Of a DNA stretch of 64,000 nucleotides, positions 1 to 10,263 are shown piece after piece. Source of the DNA: an uncultured Bacillota bacterium (GTDB taxonomy: Bacteria > Bacillota_I > Bacilli_A > RF39 > UBA660); assembly GCA_958428295.1 (NCBI GenBank), contig CAUAFL010000001.1, positions 37,153-101,152 of the forward strand, in the 5' to 3' direction. Under the pieces are notes generated by a model, which did no database searches, was not told the origin of the DNA, and saw only the letters and a list, made by a program, of their open reading frames with translations. The position numbers and the translations under genes were made by a program. How positions within the stretch are numbered: position 1 is the stretch's first letter; the number at the start of each line of letters is the position of its first letter.

Positions 1-1
1 T

Positions 2-148
2 TGGACAAATATTCTTGGTGACATTTTTTCTAACTGGACGAGTTCTCAAACAATTAGAGTAGCTGGTACTTGTGCTAGTAAGAATTATGAATCAGGATGG
101 AGTGGGCAAGCAATTGTTATTTGGTTAGATGAGCCAAATGGTTGTTAA
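2..148 (+). CDS. C-terminal fragment of an unidentified upstream protein (partial; ...GTCASKNYESGWSGQAIVIWLDEPNGC*)
   Basis: Open frame runs from the window edge to a TAA at 146-148. No start codon lies inside the window. I do not recognise a domain. Confidence 0.25.
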   Translation, partial: WTNILGDIFSNWTSSQTIRVAGTCASKNYESGWSGQAIVIWLDEPNGC

Positions 149-280
149 TGATTTAAAAATAAGATCATTGGAAGAAGTTGTTCCAATGATTTTTCTTTTT
201 GTCAATTTTTAGGGGGCGACTTTTCTTGTCAGAGGAAATTTTAAAGAATTACAATAGTAGTAGATGGGAGAGATAATTAG

Positions 281-2581
281 ATGTTTTCAAAGTTTAGTGA
301 AGAGGCTCAAAAAGCTCTTATTTTAGCGAGAAAGGAAATGCAGGAGTTGCATCATCCTTATGTGGGGAGTGAGCATTTATTGTTAGCTATTTTATCGATG
401 AAACAATTAAATTTAGCTGATCGATTGGCGCAATATGGGTTAACTTACGAATTGTTTCGTGAGGAATTAGTGAAAGTTGTTGGTGTTGGTAAAGATAGTA
501 ATGATTGGTTTTTGTATACTCCTTTACTGAAGAGAGTGATTGAAACTGCTATTTTAAATAGTAAAGAGAGTAATGAACCTGAGGTAAGTGTGACACAGTT
601 GTTTTTGTCATTACTAGAAGAGGGCGAAGGAATTGCTATTCGTCTATTAATTGGAATGAATATTGATGTTGATGAGGTGTATCAGGAGTTTTCAGGGTCT
701 TTTACCGAAAAGAAAAGCTGTTTACATAAGAAATTATTGATCGAAGAGTTTTCGGTGAATTTAAATAAGAAAGCTTCAGCAAATGAGATAGATCCTGTGA
801 TCGGTAGAGAGGAAGAGTTAAATCGTTTAATTGAGATTTTATGTCGTCGAACAAAAAATAATCCTTTGCTTTTGGGAGAGGCCGGAGTTGGCAAGACGGC
901 GATTGTCGAAGAACTAGCGCGGCGTATTGTTTTAGATAATGTTCCTAAAGCTTTACGGGGGAAAACAATTTTGTCTTTATCCATGGCAGGATTGGTAGCA
1001 GGTACTAAATACCGAGGAGAGTTTGAAGAACGGGTTGGGAAAATTTTAAAGGAAGTGGAAGAAAATGATGATATATTAGTATTTATCGATGAAATTCATA
1101 CGCTTGTCGGTGCTGGTGGGGCGGAAGGCGCTATTGATGCTTCTAATATTATTAAGCCAGCCTTAGCAAGAGGTGCTTTACATTTAATTGGGGCGACGAC
1201 AGTAGCTGAATATCATGAATTTATTGAAAAAGATAAAGCTTTAAATCGACGTTTTCAAATTATTATGGTGGAAGAGCCCACCAAAGAAAAAACCCGGGAG
1301 ATATTATATAAGTTAAAGCCCTTATATGAAGCTTATCATTCCACTATTATCAGTGATGAAATTTTAGATTTGATTGTAGATCTTTCTAATACTTATATTT
1401 ATGATTATTATCAACCGGATAAAGCGATTGATATTTTAGATGAAGTATGTGCCAAAGCTAGTTTGAAGCAAGATAAAAAAGATATTGCTTTGTTAAAACT
1501 AAATCAATCGTTGCAGCAGGTAATGCGCGATAAGAAACAGGCAATTGTCGATCAAGATTTTAAGAAGGCATCAGCTTTAAAACAAAAGGAGAAGGAATTA
1601 GCTAGTGAAAAAAATAATTTAGAGTTAAGCCTTATGGGTAAGCGAAAACCGAAGAGAATTACCAAAGAGATGGTGGCAGAAGTGATTTATTTAAAGACAA
1701 AAATACCAGTTTATGAAATTGTTGAGGCTAATCAGAAAACTTTGCAAAATTTAGAGAGTGAGTTGCTAGATGAGGTTATTGGTCAAGAAGAAATTATTCA
1801 TGATTTATGTAATCATACGAAAAAGGTTCAACTGGGATTTCAGGAAAAGCCACATATCCACTCTTTTCTATTAAGTGGTCCGACGGGTGTAGGGAAGACA
1901 TTGTTGGTCAAGGAGTTTGCGAAACATTTATATGGTCCTGATAATTTTATTCGTTTGGATATGAGTGAATTTAAAGAAGCTCACTCTGTAAGCAAGATTA
2001 TTGGGGCCCCTCCTGGTTATGTGGGGTTTGATAATCATTTAACGATTTTGGATACCATTCGTATGCATCCCCATTCAGTTATTTTACTAGATGAAATTGA
2101 AAAAGCTAGTATAGAAGTTCTTAAATTATTTTTACAAGTGTTGGATGAAGGATATTTAAAAGATGCTCGAGGACGAAAGGTCCGTTTTGACAATGTTTTC
2201 TTATTTATGACTTCTAATTTGGGAAGCAACCGGAAAGAGGTTGGTTTCACCCCTTCATTAGGCAGGAAACAAGTGAATGAAGCACTCGAGGATTTCTTAG
2301 GTGTTGAGTTTGTTAATCGAATTGGGAAAATTTATGTATTTCAAGAATTGAAAAAGGAGAGTATTCAAAAAATAATAAGTCATAAAATTCAGTTATTACA
2401 AACTGCTTTTCATAAAAAAGGAATAGAAGTACAGGTGTCTTTTAATGTAGTGGAAGAAATTGTTACGAAATGTCAATATGAAAAGTTTGGTGCCCGTCAA
2501 ATAGATAAAGTGATTGATGACTTGGTTACTCCACTTATTGTTGATGCTTGGTATAAAGGTCTTAAGGAAGTTTGTATTTAA
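281..2581 (+). CDS. clpC: ATP-dependent Clp protease ATP-binding subunit ClpC (class III stress ATPase)
   Basis: 766 aa with N-terminal Clp_N repeats and two AAA+ modules (GEAGVGKTA and GPTGVGKT Walker A motifs), plus a short middle domain. The GGGAGAG RBS lies 12 nt upstream. Confidence 0.85.
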   Translation: MFSKFSEEAQKALILARKEMQELHHPYVGSEHLLLAILSMKQLNLADRLAQYGLTYELFREELVKVVGVGKDSNDWFLYTPLLKRVIETAILNSKESNEPEVSVTQLFLSLLEEGEGIAIRLLIGMNIDVDEVYQEFSGSFTEKKSCLHKKLLIEEFSVNLNKKASANEIDPVIGREEELNRLIEILCRRTKNNPLLLGEAGVGKTAIVEELARRIVLDNVPKALRGKTILSLSMAGLVAGTKYRGEFEERVGKILKEVEENDDILVFIDEIHTLVGAGGAEGAIDASNIIKPALARGALHLIGATTVAEYHEFIEKDKALNRRFQIIMVEEPTKEKTREILYKLKPLYEAYHSTIISDEILDLIVDLSNTYIYDYYQPDKAIDILDEVCAKASLKQDKKDIALLKLNQSLQQVMRDKKQAIVDQDFKKASALKQKEKELASEKNNLELSLMGKRKPKRITKEMVAEVIYLKTKIPVYEIVEANQKTLQNLESELLDEVIGQEEIIHDLCNHTKKVQLGFQEKPHIHSFLLSGPTGVGKTLLVKEFAKHLYGPDNFIRLDMSEFKEAHSVSKIIGAPPGYVGFDNHLTILDTIRMHPHSVILLDEIEKASIEVLKLFLQVLDEGYLKDARGRKVRFDNVFLFMTSNLGSNRKEVGFTPSLGRKQVNEALEDFLGVEFVNRIGKIYVFQELKKESIQKIISHKIQLLQTAFHKKGIEVQVSFNVVEEIVTKCQYEKFGARQIDKVIDDLVTPLIVDAWYKGLKEVCI

Positions 2582-2587
2582 TATAAG

Positions 2588-2611
2588 GTAGCTTAAGGCT
2601 ACTTTTCTTTT
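2588..2611 (+). terminator. rho-independent terminator after clpC
   Basis: Hairpin gtagcTTAAGgctac followed by ttttctttt. Confidence 0.6.
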
Positions 2612-2638
2612 ACTTTCAGGTCTTCTTCGTGGTATAAT
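2610..2638 (+). promoter_or_regulatory. sigma-A type promoter for cysS with an extended -10 (tgGTATAAT)
   Basis: TGnTATAAT at 2630-2638. The -35 is weak (ttactt) at 17-nt spacing. Confidence 0.45.
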
Positions 2639-2689
2639 ACCGATAACGACGTATAGATTGTCATATACTATTGTAGAAAGGAGTTAACT

Positions 2690-4099
2690 ATGAAATTATA
2701 TAATACTTTAACCAAACAAGTAGAAGTGTTTACACCCCATGAAAAAGGGAAAGTAACTATGTATACCTGTGGTCCGACAGTTTATCACTACGCACATATT
2801 GGTAATTTACGAACTTATATTTCTGAAGATGTCTTGGAAAAAGGGTTACTATTTTTAGGTTATCAAGTGAAAAGGGTAATGAATATTACGGATGTGGGAC
2901 ACTTAGTAGGAGATGGTGATACTGGAGAAGATAAGATGGCCGTAGCGGCTAAAAGAGAACATAAATCTTCTTTAGAAATTGCAAAATTTTATACGGATTG
3001 TTTTTTTGAAGATTGTCAGAAATTAGGGATTACTAAGCCAGCACAGATATCCTTTGCTACGGATAACATTCCGATGTATTTACAGATAATTGAGAAATTA
3101 TTAGCGACCGGGTATGCCTATATGAAAGATGGTAATGTCTACTATGATACTTCTAAATTTACAAATTATTATCAATTGTCAGGTCGTAATCAAGATGATT
3201 TATTGGTAGCAGCTCGTGATGATATTACGGTAGATACGGCCAAGCGACATCCTTTTGACTTTGGCTTATGGTTTACTAATTCTAAATTTAATGATCAAGA
3301 GTTACAGTGGGATTCTCCTTGGGGCAGAGGCTATCCTGGTTGGCATATTGAATGTTCAGGAATTGCCATTAAATATTTAGGAGAATATTTAGATATTCAT
3401 TGTGGTGCTGAAGATGCTGTTTTTCCTCATCATACTAATGAAATAGCGCAAAGTGAAGCCTATTTAGGACATCCTTGGTGTCGGTATTGGATTCATTGTG
3501 GTTTTTTAAATGATAAAAGTGGTAAAATGAGTAAATCAAAGGGAGAGTTTTTAACTGTTTCTCTACTAGAAGAGAAAGGTTATGATCCGTTAAGTTATCG
3601 TTACTTATGTTTGAATTCATATTATCATCGTCAGTTAACGTTTAGTTATGAAATTTTAGATGGCGCGCAACAGGCATATTTTAAATTAAAAAAACGAGTT
3701 GCTTGTTTAAATCCTGATACTGTGTTAGAAGAAGAAAAGATGGATCCTTATATCACTTCTTTTAAAGAAGCTATTATGGATGATTTAAATACTTCTAATA
3801 TGCTTACCTTAGTGTATGATGTATTAAAAGATAAACAGTTAAGTGATCATACCAAGCTTGCTTTAATTGCTAAGTTTGATTCGGTGTTATCACTATCGTT
3901 AATTGAGGATCAAGAAAGTTCTTTGGCCACAGAAGATGCTTATATTCAACAACAGATTTTATTGCGGCAACAGGCGAAAGAGAAAAAAGATTATCAAACG
4001 GCTGATGCTATTCGCGATTCGTTATTAGCTCAGGGTATTCGTTTGATAGATGGTCGTGATCAAACAACGTATACTACTATTGTTTCCAAGAGGAGGTAG
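2690..4099 (+). CDS. cysS: cysteine--tRNA ligase
   Basis: Class I aaRS with a HIGH-like motif (HYAHIGN) and KMSKS, plus a CysRS-typical N-terminus (TCGPTVY). Confidence 0.9.
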   Translation: MKLYNTLTKQVEVFTPHEKGKVTMYTCGPTVYHYAHIGNLRTYISEDVLEKGLLFLGYQVKRVMNITDVGHLVGDGDTGEDKMAVAAKREHKSSLEIAKFYTDCFFEDCQKLGITKPAQISFATDNIPMYLQIIEKLLATGYAYMKDGNVYYDTSKFTNYYQLSGRNQDDLLVAARDDITVDTAKRHPFDFGLWFTNSKFNDQELQWDSPWGRGYPGWHIECSGIAIKYLGEYLDIHCGAEDAVFPHHTNEIAQSEAYLGHPWCRYWIHCGFLNDKSGKMSKSKGEFLTVSLLEEKGYDPLSYRYLCLNSYYHRQLTFSYEILDGAQQAYFKLKKRVACLNPDTVLEEEKMDPYITSFKEAIMDDLNTSNMLTLVYDVLKDKQLSDHTKLALIAKFDSVLSLSLIEDQESSLATEDAYIQQQILLRQQAKEKKDYQTADAIRDSLLAQGIRLIDGRDQTTYTTIVSKRR

Positions 4100-4102
4100 A
4101 GA

Positions 4103-4792
4103 ATGGGAATTTATGAATTAATCGGTTATTTAATGATTTTGTTTGCTTTTATTGTCACAATTGCTGCTGATATTATGTTGCAGAGTCGTTATCGTAAGTA
4201 TAAAAAAGTAAAAGTTACTAGTGGTATGACGGGTGCCGAAGCTGCCCGGCAAATTCTTGCTAGTCAGGGTCTTGAAAAAGTATATGTTGTGGAAACAAAA
4301 GGTGTTTTAAGTGATCATTATGATCCTTTACAAAAAGTGGTTCGTCTTTCTAAGGATATTTATCGTGGGGATTCAATTGCGGCTGTATCAGTAGCTGCCC
4401 ATGAGTGTGGGCACGCAGTTCAGGATAAAGAAAATTATATATTATTGCGAATTCGCTCTTTTTTAGTTCCCTTTGTTAACTTTGGGACGCGTTTTGGGTA
4501 TATTGCCGTGTTAATTGGTTTATTATTCAGTGCCCCTAATATTGCCTGGATTGGAATTGCCTTATTAGTATTTATTCTATTGTTTCAGTTGGTGACATTA
4601 CCTGTGGAAATTGATGCTAGTGATCGTGCTAAAAAGTTCTTAGAAAAGGAACAAATTATTACAAAAAAGGAACGGCTAGATTCCAAAAAAATGTTGGGTG
4701 CTGCTGCAATGACTTATGTTGCTTCCTTAATTAGTACAGTGGCTGATTTGTTGCGCTTAGTGTTAATTGTGCTTGCGAATGATCGTGATTAA
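4103..4792 (+). CDS. YugP-like membrane zinc metallopeptidase (putative neutral zinc metallopeptidase family)
   Basis: HECGHA zinc-binding motif and transmembrane segments at both ends. It resembles B. subtilis YugP (GMTGAE...DHYDP...SVAAHE). Confidence 0.7.
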   Translation: MGIYELIGYLMILFAFIVTIAADIMLQSRYRKYKKVKVTSGMTGAEAARQILASQGLEKVYVVETKGVLSDHYDPLQKVVRLSKDIYRGDSIAAVSVAAHECGHAVQDKENYILLRIRSFLVPFVNFGTRFGYIAVLIGLLFSAPNIAWIGIALLVFILLFQLVTLPVEIDASDRAKKFLEKEQIITKKERLDSKKMLGAAAMTYVASLISTVADLLRLVLIVLANDRD

Positions 4793-4825
4793 GGCATCAA
4801 TTGCCTTTTTGTTTGGAGGAAAAAT

Positions 4826-5212
4826 ATGACAACTATGGAAATCAATCCTTTAGTATTAGCTTATTTGGGTGATAGTATTTATGAAGTATATATTCGTAAA
4901 TTTTTAATTAGTCAATCAATCACCAAAGTCAAAGATTTACAAAAAACGGCTGTTTGTTATGTATCTGCAACGAAACAGGCGGTATTTTTAAATGATTTAA
5001 TCACTAAAAATTTTTTTACAGTTTCTGAAATGGCACTTTTGAGACGAGCACGTAATACAAAGAGTCATAGTCATCCTAAAGGGTGTACGATGATAGAATA
5101 TAAGCAAGCTACGGCATTGGAAGCTTTGATTGGTTATTTGACTCTTGAAGGGCAACATGAAAGGGTGGCAGAAATTATGAATGAAATTATTAAGCAGGAA
5201 GGGAAGAAGTAA
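4826..5212 (+). CDS. mrnC: Mini-ribonuclease 3 (Mini-III, 23S rRNA maturation)
   Basis: 128 aa with the LAYLGDSIYEVYIR RNase III-like signature. Its position after cysS matches the B. subtilis cysS-mrnC-rlmB-sigH order. Confidence 0.8.
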   Translation: MTTMEINPLVLAYLGDSIYEVYIRKFLISQSITKVKDLQKTAVCYVSATKQAVFLNDLITKNFFTVSEMALLRRARNTKSHSHPKGCTMIEYKQATALEALIGYLTLEGQHERVAEIMNEIIKQEGKK

Positions 5213-5214
5213 AG

Positions 5215-5919
5215 ATGAGAGTATATGGAAAAAATGTTGCTCAAGCTATTTTTGAGAGACCAGTGCTATTTTCAAAATTGCAAAAAATTTATATTGTACC
5301 AGATTTTGAACGAAAAAATAAAAATTTCCTACCAGAAAAATTAAAAAATTTGATACAAGTTATAGAAAAACGGGAAATGGATCGTTTGGCAGAAGGATTA
5401 CATCAAGGTATAATGCTAGACATGGAGGATTATCATTATCATAATTTCTATGAATTATTAAGAAAAGAGCCTAACTTTATTGTCCTTTTAGATCATTTGG
5501 AGGATCCTCATAATCTAGGAGCTATTATCCGTACTTGTTCTGCTGCAGGAGTAGATGCCATTATCTTGCCCCATAACCGGCAGGTGGGTGTTTCTCCTAC
5601 GGTGATGAAGACGAGTGCAGGGACCTTATTTGATGTGGCAATTTGTGAAGTTACGAATTTACGTAATACCATAGAAACCTTAAAAAAAGAGGGGTTTTGG
5701 ATTGTCGGAAGTGCCATGGAAGGAACTTGCTATACTACCATTGATTATCATGGTAAAATTGCGCTTGTCATTGGCAATGAGGGAAAGGGAATGGGTTCTT
5801 TAGTTCATAGCTGTTGTGATTATATTGCTAGTATTCCCATGGTGGGGACTTTAGATAGTTTGAATGCTTCTGTTGCTGCGGGAATTTTAATTTATGAGGT
5901 AGTCCGAAATAGAAAGTAG
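5215..5919 (+). CDS. rlmB: TrmH/SpoU-family 23S rRNA 2'-O-ribose methyltransferase (RlmB/YacO-like)
   Basis: SPOUT-family motifs (NLGAIIRT...VALVIGNEGKG) and conserved synteny. Confidence 0.75.
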   Translation: MRVYGKNVAQAIFERPVLFSKLQKIYIVPDFERKNKNFLPEKLKNLIQVIEKREMDRLAEGLHQGIMLDMEDYHYHNFYELLRKEPNFIVLLDHLEDPHNLGAIIRTCSAAGVDAIILPHNRQVGVSPTVMKTSAGTLFDVAICEVTNLRNTIETLKKEGFWIVGSAMEGTCYTTIDYHGKIALVIGNEGKGMGSLVHSCCDYIASIPMVGTLDSLNASVAAGILIYEVVRNRK

Positions 5920-5924
5920 GGATT

Positions 5925-6530
5925 ATGGGTTATAAAGATTTCAATGACTACGAATTACTATATTATGTGGATTTAGAGGATGATGATGCCAAAGAAATAT
6001 TATTAGTGAAGTACATGCCTTTAATTGTTAAGCAAGCAAAGTTATATATAGAGTATTTGAAGCAGCGTGAAGTTCATGAAGTGAGTTTAGGGGATCTTAT
6101 TATGATTGGACAAGAGGCTTTATTAGAGACAATTAGAAAATATGATGAACGACGTAATGTTTTGTTTTATTCCTATTTTTTATTATGCTTGACAAGTAAA
6201 TATCGTAGTTATAGTCGCAGTTTTTTTACTAAGAATAGGATGGTTTCTCTTTCTTATGACGAATTTTCTTATGAAGTAGAAGATAGTGCTTCTTTGATAG
6301 CTCCTACTGATTATCATGGTTTTGGTTTTGTTGAATTACAGCAAATTCTAAAACAGGAAGCAGCACAGTTTTCTACTATTGAACGGATGGTGTTAAAAAT
6401 GAAAATGGCTGGTTATCGTCATAAGGAAATCGCTCAGTTATTAGCTTTGGATCTTCAAAAAGTAAATCGAATGGTTTATGTCACGCGTCATAAATTACGG
6501 AAAATTATGTTTGGTTCTGGTGAGATTTAA
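5925..6530 (+). CDS. sigH: sigma-70 family RNA polymerase sigma factor, SigH-like
   Basis: About 200 aa with sigma region 2 and region 4 (HTH) features. Its position after rlmB mirrors the sigH locus of bacilli and clostridia. Sequence similarity is weak. Confidence 0.55.
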   Translation: MGYKDFNDYELLYYVDLEDDDAKEILLVKYMPLIVKQAKLYIEYLKQREVHEVSLGDLIMIGQEALLETIRKYDERRNVLFYSYFLLCLTSKYRSYSRSFFTKNRMVSLSYDEFSYEVEDSASLIAPTDYHGFGFVELQQILKQEAAQFSTIERMVLKMKMAGYRHKEIAQLLALDLQKVNRMVYVTRHKLRKIMFGSGEI

Positions 6531-6666
6531 AAATTTTAGGAAGGGTGAATAGAAGTCTTTTTTAACTTGTGTGTTTCACAGGTTTTCATTAAGCCACAGA
6601 TGAATGTAAAAAATTATCATTGAAAAAAATGTCTTTTTGAGATATGATGAAAATAGGGTGAGTGCG

Positions 6667-7299
6667 ATGGAAGAAACACTTGAAGAGTGGAAAGAAAAGT
6701 ATCATTCCCAGGATGAAATGCAACAAACATTTTATCAAATGGATGAAACGATGAAGTATATTCATCAAAATTCTTATCATATTACCAGTTTTCATCCATC
6801 TAAGATTACTTTGGGTAAGACGGAAAATGGTCAATCTTATGTTTCTTATCATGAGTTGCAACCCTTTGGGAACAATCCCGTAGAAGAGATGAATCAAAAT
6901 ATTTATAATTTAGCGTATTTACAGGTAGGTATTTATTCTGATACCTTACAATATTTGAAACCGGAATTTTTGAAAGAAGATTTCCAATCTTTTAAAGTTT
7001 TTCTTCCTGAAGAGGATAGTAGTTATTATGAGCGAGTATTGACACAGAAAGCGTATTTTTATTATAGCGATTATCGTAAGGCTAAGAATGAACAATTAAT
7101 TGATAAACTTCACGAAGACTTGCCTCTAGGCAAGGGCACTAGTCGTAGTCTAGCAAAGAAAACAGCTGCTGGAAAATTATATAACTTTGAGGATGATAAT
7201 CATATAGCAGCTTTTGTGCAACACTATCTATTACCGTTTATCATTTTATCTTTAAGTTTATTAATTCCTTTGTTTGCTTGGTTTATAGCCCTTTCATAA
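6667..7299 (+). CDS. hypothetical protein with a C-terminal transmembrane anchor (tail-anchored)
   Basis: The ORF-track start is a TTG at 6637. An ATG at 6667 with an AGGGTGAG RBS is preferred. A hydrophobic helix spans the last ~30 aa. No domain recognised. Confidence 0.45.
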   Translation: MEETLEEWKEKYHSQDEMQQTFYQMDETMKYIHQNSYHITSFHPSKITLGKTENGQSYVSYHELQPFGNNPVEEMNQNIYNLAYLQVGIYSDTLQYLKPEFLKEDFQSFKVFLPEEDSSYYERVLTQKAYFYYSDYRKAKNEQLIDKLHEDLPLGKGTSRSLAKKTAAGKLYNFEDDNHIAAFVQHYLLPFIILSLSLLIPLFAWFIALS

Positions 7300-7324
7300 A
7301 CTTCTTTTTGAGAAGTTTTTTTGT

Positions 7325-7338
7325 CGAAAAAACGTTTG
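7325..7338 (+). promoter_or_regulatory. possible LexA (Cheo-box-like) operator, CGAAaaaaaCGTTtG, overlapping the uvrA -35
   Basis: 12 of 14 positions match the Gram-positive SOS box CGAACnnnnGTTCG, with symmetric mismatches. uvrA is a classic SOS gene. Confidence 0.3.
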
Positions 7339-7364
7339 ACTAGTACTTTTGTTTGTGATATAGT
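7336..7364 (+). promoter_or_regulatory. sigma-A promoter of uvrA (TTGACT-17-TATAGT)
   Basis: Near-consensus -35 and -10 with a 17-nt spacer, about 80 nt upstream of the GTG start. Confidence 0.55.
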
Positions 7365-7445
7365 AAGAACGAGAAATAGAGTTCATCGTTCTATTTTTTT
7401 TAAAATGTGGTATACTAAGAAACAGAAATTTGAGGAAGTGGTATT

Positions 7446-10259
7446 GTGGATAAAATTATTGTGAAAGGTGCAAGAGAAAACAACCTAAAAAACATTGATA
7501 TTGAGTTACCAAAGAATAAACTGATTGTTATGACTGGTGTTAGTGGCAGTGGAAAGAGTAGTTTGGCTTTTGATACAATCTATGCAGAAGGGCAACGACG
7601 ATATGTAGAAAGTCTGTCTGCTTACGCACGGCAGTTTTTAGGTGGTAGTGAAAAGCCAGAAGTTGATTCTATTGAAGGATTGAGTCCAGCGATTAGTATT
7701 GATCAGAAGACAACTAGCAAAAATCCCCGAAGTACTGTGGGTACAGTGACGGAGATTTATGATTATTTACGACTTTTATATGCGCGGATAGGGATCCCTT
7801 ATTGTCCTATTCATCATATTCCAATTACGAATCAAAGTATTGAAGAGATGGCTAATAAGCTATTAGAATATTCCGTAGGAACAAAAATGGTGATTATGGC
7901 GCCGGCAGTACATGGTGAAAAGGGTACCCATAAAGAATTATTAGCAGAGTTACAAAAAGAAGGCTATGTGCGAGTTCGTGTTAATGGTCAAATGTATGAT
8001 TTAAATGATGAAATTTTGCTAGAAAAAAATAAGAAGGACAATATTGATGTAGTGATTGATCGCATTGTTTTGAAGGAAGATAGTCGTAGTCGGTTAACAG
8101 AATCATTGGAAGCTGCTACTAAATTAGGGCATGGTAAAGTAGTCATTGATATATTAGGAGAAAAGGAGATAATTTTCTCTGAGGATTTTGCTTGTCCTTA
8201 TTGTGATTTTTCTTTACCGGAGTTAGAACCTAGAATTTTTAGTTTCAATGCACCATATGGAGCTTGTCCTGATTGTAAAGGATTAGGGATTAAGCTTCAA
8301 ATTGATCCTGATTTAGTCATTCCTAATCCTGATCTTAGCTTGCAAGAAGGTTGTATAGTAACTTTGGGAGATGATCAAGAGGGAATTTATTTTAAGAAGT
8401 TAGAATGTGTTTGTAAACATTATAAAATCAGTATGAAAAAGCCTTTTAAAAAATTAACGGCCCAAGAGAAGGATTTGATTTTATATGGTAGTGATGAACT
8501 AGTTCATTTTAATTATCAATCAAAAAGTGGGAATGTCTTTAATCAAACAGAGTATTATGAAGGGATTATTCGTAATTTGGAACGTCGTTATATGGAAACG
8601 ACCAGTGCTTGGATTCGAGAATGGTTAGAAAAGTTTATGGTTGAACATACTTGCGAGACTTGTGCGGGGGCTAGATTGCAGGATAAGGTGTTAGCTGTTT
8701 TCGTTGGTAATAAAAATATTTATGAGATCACTTGCATGAGTATTAAAGAATTACTGCCATTTTTCAATTCTTTAGTATTGACTAAAGAACAAATGCAGAT
8801 TGCCGATTTAATATTAAAAGAAATTAAATCACGTTTGTTGTTTTTAAAAAATGTTGGTTTAGAGTATTTGACACTGGCTCGTAGTGCGGGTACTTTATCA
8901 GGTGGTGAGGCTCAACGTATTCGTTTAGCGACACAAATTGGTTCTCGTTTAACAGGAGTTTTATATGTTCTTGATGAACCTAGTATTGGACTACACCAGC
9001 GGGATAATGATCGTTTAATTCATTCATTATTAGAGATGCGTGATTTAGGAAATACATTAATTGTCGTTGAGCATGATACGGATACGATGCGTGCTGCTGA
9101 TTATTTGGTAGACGTTGGTCCAAGAGCTGGTGATGCTGGGGGAGAAATTGTGGCAGAAGGAACACCTCAGGAGGTAATGGAAAATCCGGCTAGTTTAACA
9201 GGACGTTATTTAAGTGGTAAAGAGTGTATTGATATCCCTAAAATTAGAAGAAAAGGCAGTGGTAAATTTCTTACTATTCAAAAAGCAGCGGCAAATAATT
9301 TGCAAAATATTAGTGTTAAAATTCCGTTAGGAACCTTTACTTGTGTAACGGGTGTTAGTGGCAGTGGAAAGAGTAGTTTAATTAACGAAATTTTGGTAAA
9401 GGCAGTTGCCAATTTCTTATATCGCAGTAAAGATAAACCTGGAAAGTATCACAAAATTTTAGGGTTAGAACATATAGATAAACTAGTAGCTATCTCTCAA
9501 AATCCAATTGGTAGGACTCCTCGTAGTAATCCAGCTACTTACACTGGTGTCTTTGATGATATTCGCGATTTGTTTACAAATACGAAAGAAGCGAAAATGT
9601 TTGGTTATGAGAAAAATCGTTTTTCTTTTAATGTTAAAGGTGGTCGTTGTGAAGCGTGTCGGGGGGATGGTGTTAAGAAAATTGAAATGCACTTTTTGCC
9701 AGACGTTTATGTGCCTTGTGAAGTTTGTCATGGAACAAGATATAATCAAGAAACTTTGAATATATATTATAAAGGCAAGAATATTGCTGATGTATTAGAT
9801 ATGCGTGTCAGTGAAGCATTCACTTTTTTTGAGAATGTGCCCAAGATAAAAAATAAATTGCAAGTACTAGAAGAGGTAGGACTTGGATATATTAAATTAG
9901 GACAAAGTGCTCCTACTTTATCAGGTGGTGAGGCGGAAAGGGTAAAATTAGCGAAAGAGTTGCAGAAGAGAGCGACAGGAAAGACTTTGTTTGTCTTAGA
10001 TGAGCCCACTACTGGTCTTCATACAGATGATATTAAGCGTTTACTTGCAATTTTGCAGAAAATAGTAGATAATAAAGATACAGTCATTGTTATTGAACAT
10101 AACTTAGATATGATAAAGTGTGCTGATTATCTTATTGATTTGGGTCCTGAAGGTGGCGATGGAGGCGGAATGATCGTTGCTACTGGTACCCCAGAAGAAG
10201 TGTGTGAGGTAACTGCGTCTTATACTGGCCAGTTTTTGAAAAAAGAATTAAGGAGATGA
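7446..10259 (+). CDS. uvrA: excinuclease ABC subunit A
   Basis: 937 aa with two ABC ATPase modules (GVSGSGKSS twice), zinc-finger Cys clusters and LSGGE signatures. GTG start with a GAGGAAG RBS. Confidence 0.92.
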   Translation: MDKIIVKGARENNLKNIDIELPKNKLIVMTGVSGSGKSSLAFDTIYAEGQRRYVESLSAYARQFLGGSEKPEVDSIEGLSPAISIDQKTTSKNPRSTVGTVTEIYDYLRLLYARIGIPYCPIHHIPITNQSIEEMANKLLEYSVGTKMVIMAPAVHGEKGTHKELLAELQKEGYVRVRVNGQMYDLNDEILLEKNKKDNIDVVIDRIVLKEDSRSRLTESLEAATKLGHGKVVIDILGEKEIIFSEDFACPYCDFSLPELEPRIFSFNAPYGACPDCKGLGIKLQIDPDLVIPNPDLSLQEGCIVTLGDDQEGIYFKKLECVCKHYKISMKKPFKKLTAQEKDLILYGSDELVHFNYQSKSGNVFNQTEYYEGIIRNLERRYMETTSAWIREWLEKFMVEHTCETCAGARLQDKVLAVFVGNKNIYEITCMSIKELLPFFNSLVLTKEQMQIADLILKEIKSRLLFLKNVGLEYLTLARSAGTLSGGEAQRIRLATQIGSRLTGVLYVLDEPSIGLHQRDNDRLIHSLLEMRDLGNTLIVVEHDTDTMRAADYLVDVGPRAGDAGGEIVAEGTPQEVMENPASLTGRYLSGKECIDIPKIRRKGSGKFLTIQKAAANNLQNISVKIPLGTFTCVTGVSGSGKSSLINEILVKAVANFLYRSKDKPGKYHKILGLEHIDKLVAISQNPIGRTPRSNPATYTGVFDDIRDLFTNTKEAKMFGYEKNRFSFNVKGGRCEACRGDGVKKIEMHFLPDVYVPCEVCHGTRYNQETLNIYYKGKNIADVLDMRVSEAFTFFENVPKIKNKLQVLEEVGLGYIKLGQSAPTLSGGEAERVKLAKELQKRATGKTLFVLDEPTTGLHTDDIKRLLAILQKIVDNKDTVIVIEHNLDMIKCADYLIDLGPEGGDGGGMIVATGTPEEVCEVTASYTGQFLKKELRR

Positions 10260-10263
10260 GGAT

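Noticed and set aside
170-240. Possible CtsR operator upstream of clpC (ttgtcaattttta…cttgtcagagg)
   Set aside because: Only single partial GTCAA heptads, with no tandem A/GGTCAAA-NAN-A/GGTCAAA repeat. clpC here is not preceded by ctsR-mcsA-mcsB, so there is no support for a CtsR box.
682-984. Antisense ORFs inside well-supported genes (e.g. 682-984, 2035-2250, 9483-9749, 9508-9759, 19528-19851, 19730-20163, 20821-21060, 56779-57123, 60647-61012)
   Set aside because: They are embedded in the opposite strand or an alternative frame of conserved genes (clpC, uvrA, fusA, clpB). They have low-complexity composition, no RBS and no homology.
2582-2689. T-box leader upstream of cysS
   Set aside because: The intergenic region is only ~108 nt and is fully accounted for by the clpC terminator and a promoter. 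There is no specifier loop or T-box sequence (AATTAGGGTGG).
6589-6897. Minus-strand 102-aa ORF overlapping the 6667-7299 gene
   Set aside because: It overlaps a better-supported plus-strand ORF that has an RBS, and it has hydrophobic low-complexity content typical of antisense artefacts.
6667-7299. Anti-sigma factor assignment for the gene after sigH
   Set aside because: The topology (TM at the extreme C-terminus, no extracytoplasmic domain) does not match known anti-sigma factors, and SigH is not known to have a cognate membrane anti-sigma.
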